Shown here: in pieces, positions 39,924-49,648 of the stretch
Position numbering within the stretch: position 1 is the first letter of the stretch
Layout: each line of letters starts with the position of its first letter
From: an uncultured Pseudomonadales bacterium
GTDB lineage: Bacteria > Patescibacteriota > Microgenomatia > UBA1400 > MFAQ01
Length of the DNA stretch: 64,000 nucleotides
Reading direction: 5' to 3'
Assembly (NCBI GenBank): GCA_964357975.1
Contig: CAYHNG010000005.1
Span: 1,031 to 65,030, forward strand
Made by a program: the position numbers and the translations under genes
The notes under the pieces: generated by a model
Seen by the model: the letters and a program-made list of their open reading frames with translations, nothing else
What the model was told of the DNA's origin: nothing
The model's database searches: none

Positions 39924-41903
39924 TTACCAAGTAACGAGTCTGCTGGCAATCTCCTCCGCTTTTTGCCTATTTTGGTGGATAATTTCCCTGGCATCGTGCT
40001 TGGCGAGTGTAAATAGTTTTTTTGACCAAAAATACTTGAGACGGGTTTGGAGTGAGCCATGTTGTTTTTCGCCATATATCTGCCCTGCTCCACGAAGCCG
40101 AAGATCTTTTTGAGCCAGGACTAACCCGGCGTGAAATTTTTGAAGTAACTGAAGCCGTTCAGTTTCCACCTCGTCGTCTCCGGAGGGCACCAGAAAACAG
40201 TATCCCTGTCCTTCTCCCCTACCCACTCGACCGCGAAGCTGGTGAAGTTGAGCCAGTCCAAATCTTTCTGCCGAATGAATGACCATGATGTTGGCGGCCG
40301 GAATATCGATTCCCACTTCAATCAGAGAAGTGGAGGTTAAGAGACTCCCCGGAGTGTTTTTGAACTGGAGGAGAATGCTCTGTTGGTCTTCGGGCGACAG
40401 CTTGCCATGAATGGTCCAGACAGGAAACCTTTCCGGGAGTAGACGCCGGTATTCCGCCGTTATCCGTTCAACAGAGGCCACATTTTGATGATGGTCCGAA
40501 ATATTAGGACAGACCACGAAGATTTGATTGCCTTTTTCCAGCTCCGAAATTAGCCATTTGGGACTGTCTTTGAATTTTGTAGGTGAAACAACGAAAGTCT
40601 TGACCGGTAAACGGTTGTTGGGTTTGTGGTGAAGATTGCTGATTTCGATATCCCCCAACAATCCTAAGGCAACTGTTCTCGGAATAGGAGTAGCGGAAAG
40701 ATTAAATAGATGAGGAAGAGGGCTTCTTTTCATAAGCATTTCTCTTTGGACAACACCGAACTTGTGTTGTTCGTCTATGGCTACAAAGGCAAGCGGTGGG
40801 TTTAAATCGGGTGGAAGCTGATTGAGCAACGCGTGAGTGCCAATAAAAAGCGTGGGTAAGGAAGAAATTTCTACCTTGTGAGTAGAAGTAACCAGTTTAA
40901 CTTGGTCCGGAAAGAGGGAGTATTTTTGGAAAGTGTGGAAGTGTTGAGTGGCTAGGATTTCAGTGGGTGCCATAAGAGCGCAACTGAAATTGGCCGATAA
41001 CGTCTGATTGGCGGCAAAGATTAGTGGTGCTGTCTTTCCGGAACCTGTTTCACCTTGAATGAGTCGATGAGTAAACTCGTGGTTCTTCAGATCTCTTTCG
41101 AGATGGTGAATAGTTTTTAGTTGATCGGAGGTTACGGTAAAAGGAAGAAGATCGGAGGTTTGTGTATCTACCTTGTGAGTGATTCTTATGGGAATCGAGG
41201 GACCGAGTTTGTCCAACTCCAGACGGTTGTTGATATTTATTCTGAGATGTTCATTGTAGGCCAGACGTTTATCGGCTGACCAGCGCTCACTACTTTCTGA
41301 GGGAAAATGAATTTGGATTAACGCTTTGGAGAGAGGAATAAGGCCACTTTTACTTAAGAGTTCCGTTTTCAAAGGATCCTGAAGATCAATATCTTGCAGA
41401 ATTTCGTAGATCTTTTTTCGAAGCCATCTGGAATTGAGACCTTCGGTTTGTGGGTAGAGAGGAACCAGCCCCTTAGTATTAAGGGTGAATGAGTCCCCTT
41501 CTTCAATAATCGGGGAGATAATGGTTAGTCCCTTACCAAAAAAACTAGGTCTGCCGGCGATACTATACGATGCGCCGTCTTTGATCAGTCTCTTTATATA
41601 TGGGTTGTTAAACCAAGTTAAGGTAATTCTTCCGGACGAATCTTGAGCGACTGATTGGGTAACCAGTTTACCCCCGGATGAGTAGAAAGTCTTGGGACTG
41701 TTGATTACCGCCAAAAAAGAACCGGGAATTTTTTCTTTGAGGTCTTTAATCTTATTTTGCTTGGAAAAATCAAGATAATTTCTGGGGAAATGTTTTAGTA
41801 AATCTCCTACTGTATATATCTCAAGGCGATTGAGCTTTTCTTCAATGGCGGGACCCACGCCCTTAACCGTGGAGATCGAGTCTCCGGTAGAGTATATACT
41901 CAT
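39924..41903 (-). CDS. recG: ATP-dependent DNA helicase RecG
   Basis: OB wedge domain, QGETGSGKT, DEQHKFG, SATPIPRT, QLRGRVGRG, DLRLRGAG. Confidence 0.93.
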   Translation of the reverse strand: MSIYSTGDSISTVKGVGPAIEEKLNRLEIYTVGDLLKHFPRNYLDFSKQNKIKDLKEKIPGSFLAVINSPKTFYSSGGKLVTQSVAQDSSGRITLTWFNNPYIKRLIKDGASYSIAGRPSFFGKGLTIISPIIEEGDSFTLNTKGLVPLYPQTEGLNSRWLRKKIYEILQDIDLQDPLKTELLSKSGLIPLSKALIQIHFPSESSERWSADKRLAYNEHLRININNRLELDKLGPSIPIRITHKVDTQTSDLLPFTVTSDQLKTIHHLERDLKNHEFTHRLIQGETGSGKTAPLIFAANQTLSANFSCALMAPTEILATQHFHTFQKYSLFPDQVKLVTSTHKVEISSLPTLFIGTHALLNQLPPDLNPPLAFVAIDEQHKFGVVQREMLMKRSPLPHLFNLSATPIPRTVALGLLGDIEISNLHHKPNNRLPVKTFVVSPTKFKDSPKWLISELEKGNQIFVVCPNISDHHQNVASVERITAEYRRLLPERFPVWTIHGKLSPEDQQSILLQFKNTPGSLLTSTSLIEVGIDIPAANIMVIHSAERFGLAQLHQLRGRVGRGEGQGYCFLVPSGDDEVETERLQLLQKFHAGLVLAQKDLRLRGAGQIYGEKQHGSLQTRLKYFWSKKLFTLAKHDAREIIHQNRQKAEEIASRLVTW

Positions 41904-41995
41904 CGGATGAGAAGAGAGGCAAAGGTGGTGAGAACCAAAACCAGAGATCCGATGAAAATAATCGCGGTAAAAATTTTCCTTCTTCTTTTGGTCAT
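41900..41995 (-). CDS. Small single-TM peptide upstream of recG
   Basis: MTKRRRKIFTAIIFIGSLVLVLTTFASLLIR; its stop overlaps the recG ATG (ATGA); TATAAT upstream. Confidence 0.6.
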   Translation of the reverse strand: MTKRRRKIFTAIIFIGSLVLVLTTFASLLIR

Positions 41996-42031
41996 AGCTA
42001 TTTAATTATATATAATAATACAGAGAATAAT

Positions 42032-44593
42032 ATGTACAGAAGACAGCGTGCCAGACAAGTCGGAGTTATCTTACCGAGAATCATTTGGGGCAAGGTGATC
42101 TTTTTTGGGCTTCTGACCGTAACTGTTTTGGTTGCTTTGGTGTTTCTCTGGTTTGGACGTGACTTGCCTGACCCAACAAAAGTGCAGCGAAAAGCAGGCT
42201 TTTCTTCGGAAATATTAGATCGGACCGGTAAAGTGATCCTCTACGATGTTTATACCGATCAAGACCGCAAATTTACCCCCCTGGTTTTGGTTCCCGATTA
42301 CCTCAAAAAGGCAACAATTGCGATAGAAGATAAGGAATTCTATAAACATCAAGGATTCGATCCAATGTCGGTGTTACGGATCGCCAAAAATTTGATCATC
42401 AACAGACGTCTGATTGGTGGATCGACTCTGACTCAACAGTTGGTTAAAATGCTTCTGTTAACCAACGAACGGTCCGTATCGAGAAAAGTTAGAGAATTTA
42501 TGTTGGCCTTGAGAATCGAAAAGACTTTTAGCAAGGATGAAATACTGCAAATGTATCTGAATGAAGCTCCTTATGGTGGGAATGCCGTGGGGGTGGCAGC
42601 GGCTTCACAAATCTATTTTGGCAAAGAACCTAAAGACTTGAGTTTGGCCGAATGTGTGCTGTTGGCGGGACTACCCCAATCCCCTTCCCGTTATTCACCC
42701 TACAGCGGTAGTAACAAAAAGGCCTATCTTCCCCGAGCCAAAGAAGTTTCGAGAAGATTGAGAGAAGACGGGATTATTTCCAAAGAAATGGAGACCGAAG
42801 TAAATTCACAACTGGATATAATTCAGTTCAGAGGTTTGGGAAGTAATAAGATCAAAGCCCCACATTTCGTAATGTATGTGAAACAGCTCTTGGAAGATAA
42901 ATATGGATCAAGCATTTTGGATACCGGTGGGTTAAAGGTTACGACCAGTTTGAATTGGGATATTCAGCAAAAGGCGGAGGCTGCCGTCAAAGAAGAGGTA
43001 GATAAAGTTACCGGAAGTCTGAATATAAAGAATGGTGCTTCGGTGATATTGGATACTAATAACGGAGAAGTATTAAGTATGGTAGGTTCAAAAAACTTTT
43101 TTGACACTTCGATTGATGGTGAGGTAAACGTAACTACCAGATTGCGGCAACCGGGATCTTCGATTAAGCCACTTGTTTATGCCACTGCATTTATGAAAAA
43201 TTTTGGGCCGGCTTCAGTAATTGCCGATGTGGTAACGGAGTTTCCCGGAAAAGATGACAAAACTCCTTATGCACCAAAAAATTATGATGGTAAGGAACAT
43301 GGTTTGCTTCATTTAAGAGAGGCTTTAGCCAGTTCAATTAATGTACCGGCGGTAAAACTACTCGCTTTACTGGGCGTAGAAGATGTGCTTCGGCAGGGTT
43401 ACCGAATGGGTTTGCTTTCGCTTGAACCAACCAAAGAGACTATGGCCCGTGTGGGCCTTTCAATGGCTCTTGGAGGGGCTGAGGTGAGGTTGCTTGACTT
43501 GGTGGGTGCGTACAGTGCATTTTCCAACGGAGGTTTCAAGGTAGAACCGGTGGTTATCTTGAAAATCGAGGACGGCAACGGAGGGATTATTTTTGAGAAT
43601 AAGCCGGTAAAACCGGAAAAGGTCTTGGACGAGAAAGTGTCCTTTTTGATTAATTCCGTGTTATCCGACAACAATGCGCGATTACTGACCTTTGGACCCA
43701 ATTCATATCTTAATTTAGGAGCCAGAGCTGTGGCGGTGAAAACCGGAACCACCAATGACCTGAGAGATAACTGGACGGTTGGGTGGACGAAGGATTTTAT
43801 TGTCGGGGTTTGGGTGGGAAATAATGATAATGAAAAAATGAAAAACGTCGCTTCCGGTGTTTCGGGTGCGGCACCGATTTGGAGAAGAGAAACTCTGGAT
43901 ATGCTCTCTATCAAGCCAGACAGACCGTTTGAAGCACCCGAAGGAGTCTCTCAGATCGAAGTGGACAAGATTTCCGGATATCCGGCGCACGACGGGTACG
44001 GAAGTTATAAGGAATGGTTTATCAGTGGAAGCGTGCCGACTGGCCCCGATCCAATTCACACCAAAGTTAAACTGTGTAAGAATAACCCGACTAAATTAGC
44101 AGATCCGATCTCCATTTCTCAGGGTAATTTTGATGAGAAAGAATTTGTGATTATTAAAGAAAACGATCCGTTAACGGACAAGTCCAGTTGGCAGAAAGCG
44201 ATTGACGAGTGGATTGCAAAGCAAAATAATCCAATTTACTTGATTCCCACCGAAGTATGCGGCGCCAGTTCGTCGATGGATATTCAAATAGTAACACCGG
44301 CTAACAACGGAAGGGTCGATGGAGATGAAATCACTATTCGGTTTTCGGTAGTTTCCGATAAACCGATCGTGGAAGCCAGGATATTTATAGATGGAAATTT
44401 GGAACAGACCATTACGGATGGTGTATACCTCAAGAAAATGAAGATTGCTACAGGTCAGCATAGTCTAAGAATCGCGGCTCGAAACAATGAAGGTAAAGAG
44501 GAGTCTAAAACGAGTGATTTTGCGGTGAATGTAGACTATCTCTCCCCTACCCCTAGCCCAACTTTATCCCCCACTCCAACTTCAACTCCATAG
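42032..44593 (+). CDS. Class A penicillin-binding protein (PBP1A family) with C-terminal Ig-like domain
   Basis: EDKEFYKHQG and GGSTLTQQL (transglycosylase); SSIK, SIN, KTGT (transpeptidase); PT-rich tail. Confidence 0.93.
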   Translation: MYRRQRARQVGVILPRIIWGKVIFFGLLTVTVLVALVFLWFGRDLPDPTKVQRKAGFSSEILDRTGKVILYDVYTDQDRKFTPLVLVPDYLKKATIAIEDKEFYKHQGFDPMSVLRIAKNLIINRRLIGGSTLTQQLVKMLLLTNERSVSRKVREFMLALRIEKTFSKDEILQMYLNEAPYGGNAVGVAAASQIYFGKEPKDLSLAECVLLAGLPQSPSRYSPYSGSNKKAYLPRAKEVSRRLREDGIISKEMETEVNSQLDIIQFRGLGSNKIKAPHFVMYVKQLLEDKYGSSILDTGGLKVTTSLNWDIQQKAEAAVKEEVDKVTGSLNIKNGASVILDTNNGEVLSMVGSKNFFDTSIDGEVNVTTRLRQPGSSIKPLVYATAFMKNFGPASVIADVVTEFPGKDDKTPYAPKNYDGKEHGLLHLREALASSINVPAVKLLALLGVEDVLRQGYRMGLLSLEPTKETMARVGLSMALGGAEVRLLDLVGAYSAFSNGGFKVEPVVILKIEDGNGGIIFENKPVKPEKVLDEKVSFLINSVLSDNNARLLTFGPNSYLNLGARAVAVKTGTTNDLRDNWTVGWTKDFIVGVWVGNNDNEKMKNVASGVSGAAPIWRRETLDMLSIKPDRPFEAPEGVSQIEVDKISGYPAHDGYGSYKEWFISGSVPTGPDPIHTKVKLCKNNPTKLADPISISQGNFDEKEFVIIKENDPLTDKSSWQKAIDEWIAKQNNPIYLIPTEVCGASSSMDIQIVTPANNGRVDGDEITIRFSVVSDKPIVEARIFIDGNLEQTITDGVYLKKMKIATGQHSLRIAARNNEGKEESKTSDFAVNVDYLSPTPSPTLSPTPTSTP

Positions 44594-44599
44594 CTATAC

Positions 44600-45383
44600 C
44601 TTGTTCTAGTCTGATATCCTGCAGGGCCTGGCCCTGCAGGTGATTATAATGGTAATATATGCCACAGAAGAATAGTCGTAAAGAATACGGTGCCGGTGGT
44701 CACTATCACGTTTATAACCGTGGGGTAAACAAGAGTTCGATATTTTTAGACGAACAGGATTTTAAGGTTTTTCTTGGGTACTTAAAACTGTATCTTGAAC
44801 CACCTAACCTGCAGGGCCAGGCCCTGCAGGATGAGAATGGAAGAACAATCCCTCCTTCAAAGGAACCTAAGAACTATATGGGTGAGATTGAGTTATTGGC
44901 ATATTGTCTAATGCCTAACCATTTTCATTTGCTCATTAAACAAAATACCGATAGAGGTATTGCTGAGTTTATGCAGTCTTTAATTCAGAGATATGTGATG
45001 TATTTTAATAAAAAATATATGAGAGTGGGAGGACTTTTCCAAAGTAGGTATAAATCGGTTTTAATTGAGGATGAAAACCAATTTGTGTATATCACTAAAT
45101 ATATCCATCGAAATCCGATCGATATTTTACCTGCAAAACTTGGCACTGCAGGATATGAAGTTTATCGATATTCTTCGTATGGGAATTATCTCGGTTTGTT
45201 TCAACAGCGATGGGTTCGGCCGGAGCAGATTCTTTCATATTTTTCCAATATGAAAGAAGGAAGTACTTATCAAAGCTTTGTAGAGAATACGGTGTCAGAC
45301 GATTTAACTAAAGTATATTACGAGATGATGGATAATTGAATGCTTGTTCTAGTTTGATATCCTGCAGGGCCAGGCCCTGCAGG
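44600..45383 (+). mobile_element. RAYT-like locus B: Y1-HUH transposase with four 23-bp palindromes CCTGCAGGGCC(T/A)GGCCCTGCAGG, bounded by 41-bp direct repeats
   Basis: Palindromes at 44618-44640, 44808-44830, 45130-45152 (5 mismatches) and 45361-45383; direct repeat 44600-44640 / 45343-45383. Confidence 0.85.
44659..45339 (+). CDS. REP-associated tyrosine transposase-like protein (Y1_Tnp HUH), copy B
   Basis: HYHVYNRG, YCLMPNHFHLL, LFQSRY, YIHRNP, YRYSS; 41 of the first 50 residues identical to copy A. Confidence 0.9.
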   Translation: MPQKNSRKEYGAGGHYHVYNRGVNKSSIFLDEQDFKVFLGYLKLYLEPPNLQGQALQDENGRTIPPSKEPKNYMGEIELLAYCLMPNHFHLLIKQNTDRGIAEFMQSLIQRYVMYFNKKYMRVGGLFQSRYKSVLIEDENQFVYITKYIHRNPIDILPAKLGTAGYEVYRYSSYGNYLGLFQQRWVRPEQILSYFSNMKEGSTYQSFVENTVSDDLTKVYYEMMDN

Positions 45384-45430
45384 ATACTTGATGATGGGAT
45401 ATTAGAACAACTGTGATAGAATTGGATGAT

Positions 45431-46108
45431 ATGAAATCTATTGCCCTTTTTGATATTGATGAAACCATTTTTAGCCAGCAGTCGCTATTCCCTGTGATAA
45501 AGAAGATGGTAGATCTTGGTCTTTTACAAAGTAGTATCTTAACTGATATAGATATTGAATATAAAAAATATAAGAACCAATTGCAATCCTACTCTGAGGC
45601 TGGCAATAATATTCTTAATTTATTCTGCCTTTCGTTAGCTGGCAAAGAATATAGCTTGACCTATAAAGTCGTAAAGGATTTTTTTGTGGAGAACCAAGCC
45701 AATTTTTATCACTTTTTTCCTGAGATACTACCAAAGCTAAAGACCACCCATGAAGTATATTTGGTTACTGCAAACTCTCAGATGTTTGGTGAGGCGGTAA
45801 ATGAAATGTTTGGGCTGGATGGGTATTTGTCCACTAGTTTTGAAGTCGTAGATAAAAAATTTACGGGTAAAATTCTTAACTCGTTAGCTGACGGTAAACA
45901 TATTGTTGAAGAACTACTGTCTAATTATGAAGGCGCGACAATGGCTTTTGGTGATTCCGAGAACGATATTGGAATGCTGAAGAGGGTTTCAATTCCAATT
46001 TGTGTTAATCCGACACCAAAACTACTGATTCACGCCAAAGAGAAAAACTGGACAGTAGTAAGTGACCAAAATGCTTACGAAAAGATTCTTGACTTACTTG
46101 AACCATAA
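45431..46108 (+). CDS. HAD-IB (SerB-like) phosphatase
   Basis: ALFDIDET, LVTA, K, AFGDSENDIGML, VNP. Confidence 0.85.
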   Translation: MKSIALFDIDETIFSQQSLFPVIKKMVDLGLLQSSILTDIDIEYKKYKNQLQSYSEAGNNILNLFCLSLAGKEYSLTYKVVKDFFVENQANFYHFFPEILPKLKTTHEVYLVTANSQMFGEAVNEMFGLDGYLSTSFEVVDKKFTGKILNSLADGKHIVEELLSNYEGATMAFGDSENDIGMLKRVSIPICVNPTPKLLIHAKEKNWTVVSDQNAYEKILDLLEP

Positions 46109-46135
46109 ATATCTATTCTTGGGATACAAAAATTT

Positions 46136-46154
46136 TCCCGACAAGCGAGAGATT
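46136..46154. repeat. 19-bp hairpin repeat shared with the tRNA-Arg module
   Basis: TCCCGACAAGCGAGAGATT, identical at 53583-53601. Confidence 0.7.
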
Positions 46155-46182
46155 CTATTTTGGACTCGCAACCCGTGAGAAC

Positions 46183-48168
46183 TTAGACCTTGAAGCGTTT
46201 ATAGATGATGTCTTTGAGAATGTTTATTGCCGATTGTTCCAGGTTTTTTTCGTCGCAACCGAAAGATATTCTAAAAGTATGTTTATTGTTAAAACTATTC
46301 AGAAAATCAACTTGTTTAACTAATGTTGAAGAGTCTTTAATAATATCCATGATGTCGCCAAGTAATTTATCCGATTCGACGGTGATGTCTTCCAGCATCA
46401 GAGGGTAATCTGATATTGGTTGATATGAGTACTGAGGATTAATTAAGGCAGAAAGTAAAACAAGATTTATTTCCAAGACAGTGGGATTAGTCTGCAAGCC
46501 GATAGATCTAAGTATGGATGGTTTGATTAATCCAAGATGCCCCAATAAATGCTTGCCGGAGTAAATGCCTGCGGTATTTACCGGGTTGAAAAAGGCCGGA
46601 GGGTTGAGAGATGGTTTAAAGGAGATGGAGGTGGTTTTTAATTTGCGGAAAAGAGCTTCAACCTGACCTTTGGTTTGACGGTAATCTTGACCGGAGATTA
46701 ACGCCAGCCGGGAAACCTCCAGGGGTAGTTCCTGACCCTTTATTTTTTGGTAGACGATGGCAATTTCCAAAGTGTTAATTGGCGTGTTAGCCTTGCCTTG
46801 ATTATGTTTGTGGTTCTCAAGACCCGAAGGTATTAGGCTGGTTCTTAAATATTCATAATCTTGAGAGAGAGTGTTGCGGAGTTTTAGATGATTTTCCGGT
46901 ACCAACTCGGTCTTCTTTAGTAAATCATGGGAGATGAGTGAGTTATTGTAAATTTCGTGATAGCCGATGGCGGAGAGGTACTTTTTTATTTCGGTTTCTG
47001 TTTTGAGTAAAGGGCTTGTTGGCTCTACCGGCAAATTAACGCAGGGTAATGATGGGGGGAGCCGGAAGTAGCCGTAAATACGAGCAACTTCTTCGGCCAG
47101 ATCTTCTTTGAGATTGACATCGTGGTAGCGCCAACTGGGGACTGAACAGACCAACCGGTTGGCTTGGATCTTTCCTCCAAATCCGAGACTCGCCAAAATA
47201 GAAATGACGGTTTCTTTGTTGATGGCCACTCCGACGAAAGTGTTTAACCAATTAAAGTCTAAAGAGATAAGTTTGGGCGGACGGATCGCGGGATAATAAT
47301 CAAAAAGTGTGGATGAGACAATGCCCCCGGCTCTTTGTTGAAGTAAACGAATAGCTTGAGCCATAACCGGTAGGCAGAGTTCCGGGTCGGGCTGTTTTTC
47401 ATATAGTTGAGCCGCCAGAGTTCTTTTCTGAAGCCGAAGAGAAGTTTGACGGATCTTTTTCGGATTGTAGACGGGTACAATAAGAAGGATGTTCTTGGTA
47501 TGCTCGTCGACTTCGGCCACTTGGCCTCCCATGACTCCACAGAGGTCTACTAATCTGCTTGCACCATCTTCGATAACAATGTCACCGTCCAGAAGTGGAT
47601 GAACTTGATTATCTAAGGTAACAATGCTCTCTCCTTGATGGCTTTCCCGAACGGTCAGACTCTGAGTGGCCAATTTATCGCGGTCAAAGATATGGCTGGG
47701 CATGCCGTAGAGCAAGGTCAGTTCGTTGGTAATATCGATACAATTATTTAAGGCACGAAGGCCACTGTTTTCCAGAAACACTTGGGTCTCATGGCCGGAA
47801 GGTTTGATGGAGATATTTTCTAGAGCTATGGCAGTGAAGCGAATAACCAAATCTTCCTTAATGTCTAAGTGGAACTGTTTTGATAAATTCTTGGGAAAAC
47901 TGTAGGGTTCCTGGTAGGGATCATTGATGAATTTAGAGGGTATGTTGAACTGAGAGAGTATGATGGCCGCTTCTCTGGCTACACCCATGGCGCTCGCCGT
48001 ATCGACCCTGTTGGTAATGGCTTCGATTTCGTAAATATAGTCTCCGCCGATTTTTTTTAGACGATCAAAAGTGGGACCGCACAAACTAATGTTTTGACTG
48101 AGTTCTTCTGCGGTAGCAGATGTCTCAAGGAATTTTCTGAGGGAAGAGTCTGTAATAACAATATCCAT
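46183..48168 (-). CDS. pheT: Phenylalanine-tRNA ligase beta subunit (lacks the B2 OB-fold)
   Basis: ITNRVD, IDITN, GVMGG, VPSWR, DLAEEVARIYGY, LRTSL; start set at MDIVIT. Confidence 0.9.
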   Translation of the reverse strand: MDIVITDSSLRKFLETSATAEELSQNISLCGPTFDRLKKIGGDYIYEIEAITNRVDTASAMGVAREAAIILSQFNIPSKFINDPYQEPYSFPKNLSKQFHLDIKEDLVIRFTAIALENISIKPSGHETQVFLENSGLRALNNCIDITNELTLLYGMPSHIFDRDKLATQSLTVRESHQGESIVTLDNQVHPLLDGDIVIEDGASRLVDLCGVMGGQVAEVDEHTKNILLIVPVYNPKKIRQTSLRLQKRTLAAQLYEKQPDPELCLPVMAQAIRLLQQRAGGIVSSTLFDYYPAIRPPKLISLDFNWLNTFVGVAINKETVISILASLGFGGKIQANRLVCSVPSWRYHDVNLKEDLAEEVARIYGYFRLPPSLPCVNLPVEPTSPLLKTETEIKKYLSAIGYHEIYNNSLISHDLLKKTELVPENHLKLRNTLSQDYEYLRTSLIPSGLENHKHNQGKANTPINTLEIAIVYQKIKGQELPLEVSRLALISGQDYRQTKGQVEALFRKLKTTSISFKPSLNPPAFFNPVNTAGIYSGKHLLGHLGLIKPSILRSIGLQTNPTVLEINLVLLSALINPQYSYQPISDYPLMLEDITVESDKLLGDIMDIIKDSSTLVKQVDFLNSFNNKHTFRISFGCDEKNLEQSAINILKDIIYKRFKV

Positions 48169-48169
48169 T

Positions 48170-49189
48170 TTAAAATTGTTTGAGAAATCTAATATCATCG
48201 CTGTAAATCAACCTGAGGTCAGGTAACTTGGACTTCATCATTAAGACACGTTCTACCCCCCAGCCAAAGGCAAAACCGGAACACTCATCAGGGTTTAACC
48301 CGCCATTGCGCAGGACGTTTGGATGAACCATGCCTGCTCCTCCGAGTTCTAGCCAGCCGGATTTGCAGACTTTGCAGGGAGAAAGGTTGATCAACCCGGT
48401 TCCCTGACAAACTTCACAGGTAATGTCGATTTCGAACGATGGTTCAGTGAATTGGAAATGGTGGGGGCGCAGTCTGGTGCGACGGTCTTGACCGAAATAT
48501 GATTTGGCAAAATACTCGGTGACTCCCAAGAGATGAGTAATGTTGACATTTTTATCAACCACCAACCCTTCGAACTGATGGAACATGGGGGTGTGGGTAG
48601 CATCAATTTGGCGTCGATAAGTTTTACCGATATTTATCATCTTGATGGGAGGTGCTTTCATAAACTCCATTTCCCTCAGTTGGCCATTGCTGGTATGAGC
48701 AGTGAGAACCGTGTTGTCTCCCACATAGAAAGTCTCTTGATCGTCCCTTGCGGGGTGGTCTTTGGGAATATTGAGACCTTCGGCGTAATACCAGTCCGAT
48801 TCAACTTCCGGATAGCGACGGCGAACAAAACCCAGTCGAAGAAAAATGTTTTCGATTTCTTCAATAGCTTGGGTAATAAGGTGCAGACTACCTTCGGGGG
48901 TTTCATTACCGGGAATCGTGACGTCAAAAGACGATTTTTCGGCCCGGCTTAGGGTTTCAAGGAGTTTGGCCGCCAATTCTTTTTGGATATAATCCTTGAG
49001 CTCGTTGATGGATTTACCGATACCCGGATCTGTTTTAACGGGTAAGGTTTTGAAAAGTAAGTTTATTTGACCTTGTTTACCAAGATATTTGGTATTGAGA
49101 GTGTCCACATCACCGGATGACCCGGATTTGCTCAGATCCTTGACGAAATTATGTTTAAGTAGGTCTATCTCGTTTGATTTTGTCCCCAT
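48170..49189 (-). CDS. pheS: Phenylalanine-tRNA ligase alpha subunit
   Basis: HPARDDQETF, DATHTPMFHQFEG, FTEPS, GAGMVHPNV, FAFGWGVER. Confidence 0.95.
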   Translation of the reverse strand: MGTKSNEIDLLKHNFVKDLSKSGSSGDVDTLNTKYLGKQGQINLLFKTLPVKTDPGIGKSINELKDYIQKELAAKLLETLSRAEKSSFDVTIPGNETPEGSLHLITQAIEEIENIFLRLGFVRRRYPEVESDWYYAEGLNIPKDHPARDDQETFYVGDNTVLTAHTSNGQLREMEFMKAPPIKMINIGKTYRRQIDATHTPMFHQFEGLVVDKNVNITHLLGVTEYFAKSYFGQDRRTRLRPHHFQFTEPSFEIDITCEVCQGTGLINLSPCKVCKSGWLELGGAGMVHPNVLRNGGLNPDECSGFAFGWGVERVLMMKSKLPDLRLIYSDDIRFLKQF

Positions 49190-49227
49190 CGACTTTAATG
49201 ATAACATCATTCGGTAGGCTCAGGATG

Positions 49228-49255
49228 AAAAAACTCCCCTGAACGGGGAGTTTTT
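49228..49255. terminator. Intrinsic terminator after rplT
   Basis: AAAAAACTCCCC-TGAAC-GGGGAGTTTTT. Confidence 0.8.
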
Positions 49256-49277
49256 AAATAATGCTTTAAAAACCCCG

Positions 49278-49634
49278 CTACTTTTTGACACTAAAGGAAA
49301 CAACATCTTTGAAGGCGTCGGGCAAATTGGTAGCCAAAGCGGCCAAAACCTTTCGGTTCAAAGTAATTTTTTTGTCGGAGAGGGCTTTAATGAACCTGGA
49401 ATACTTCGGAGCGTCTGTCATGGAAGAGAGTGCTGAGTTAATGCGGGTAATCCAAGTAATACGCATCTGTTGCTTTCTTTCCTTGCGACCATTGTAGGCG
49501 TATTGTCCGGCGTGCAAGACTGCTTCGGAAGCGGTTTTATACAGACGATTACGGGTCATGCGGAAACCCTTGGCGAGCTGGAAGACTTTTTTGTGTCCTT
49601 TGCGGCGGACGGTACCGGTTTTAACTCTAGGCAT
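49278..49634 (-). CDS. rplT: 50S ribosomal protein L20
   Basis: MPRVKTG, AKGF, WITRIN, LNRKVLA. Confidence 0.96.
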   Translation of the reverse strand: MPRVKTGTVRRKGHKKVFQLAKGFRMTRNRLYKTASEAVLHAGQYAYNGRKERKQQMRITWITRINSALSSMTDAPKYSRFIKALSDKKITLNRKVLAALATNLPDAFKDVVSFSVKK

Positions 49635-49648
49635 GTGTGTTTATGTAT

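Noticed and set aside
44540-44590. CCCCTACCCCT-like repeats
   Set aside because: They encode the Pro/Thr/Ser tail of the PBP
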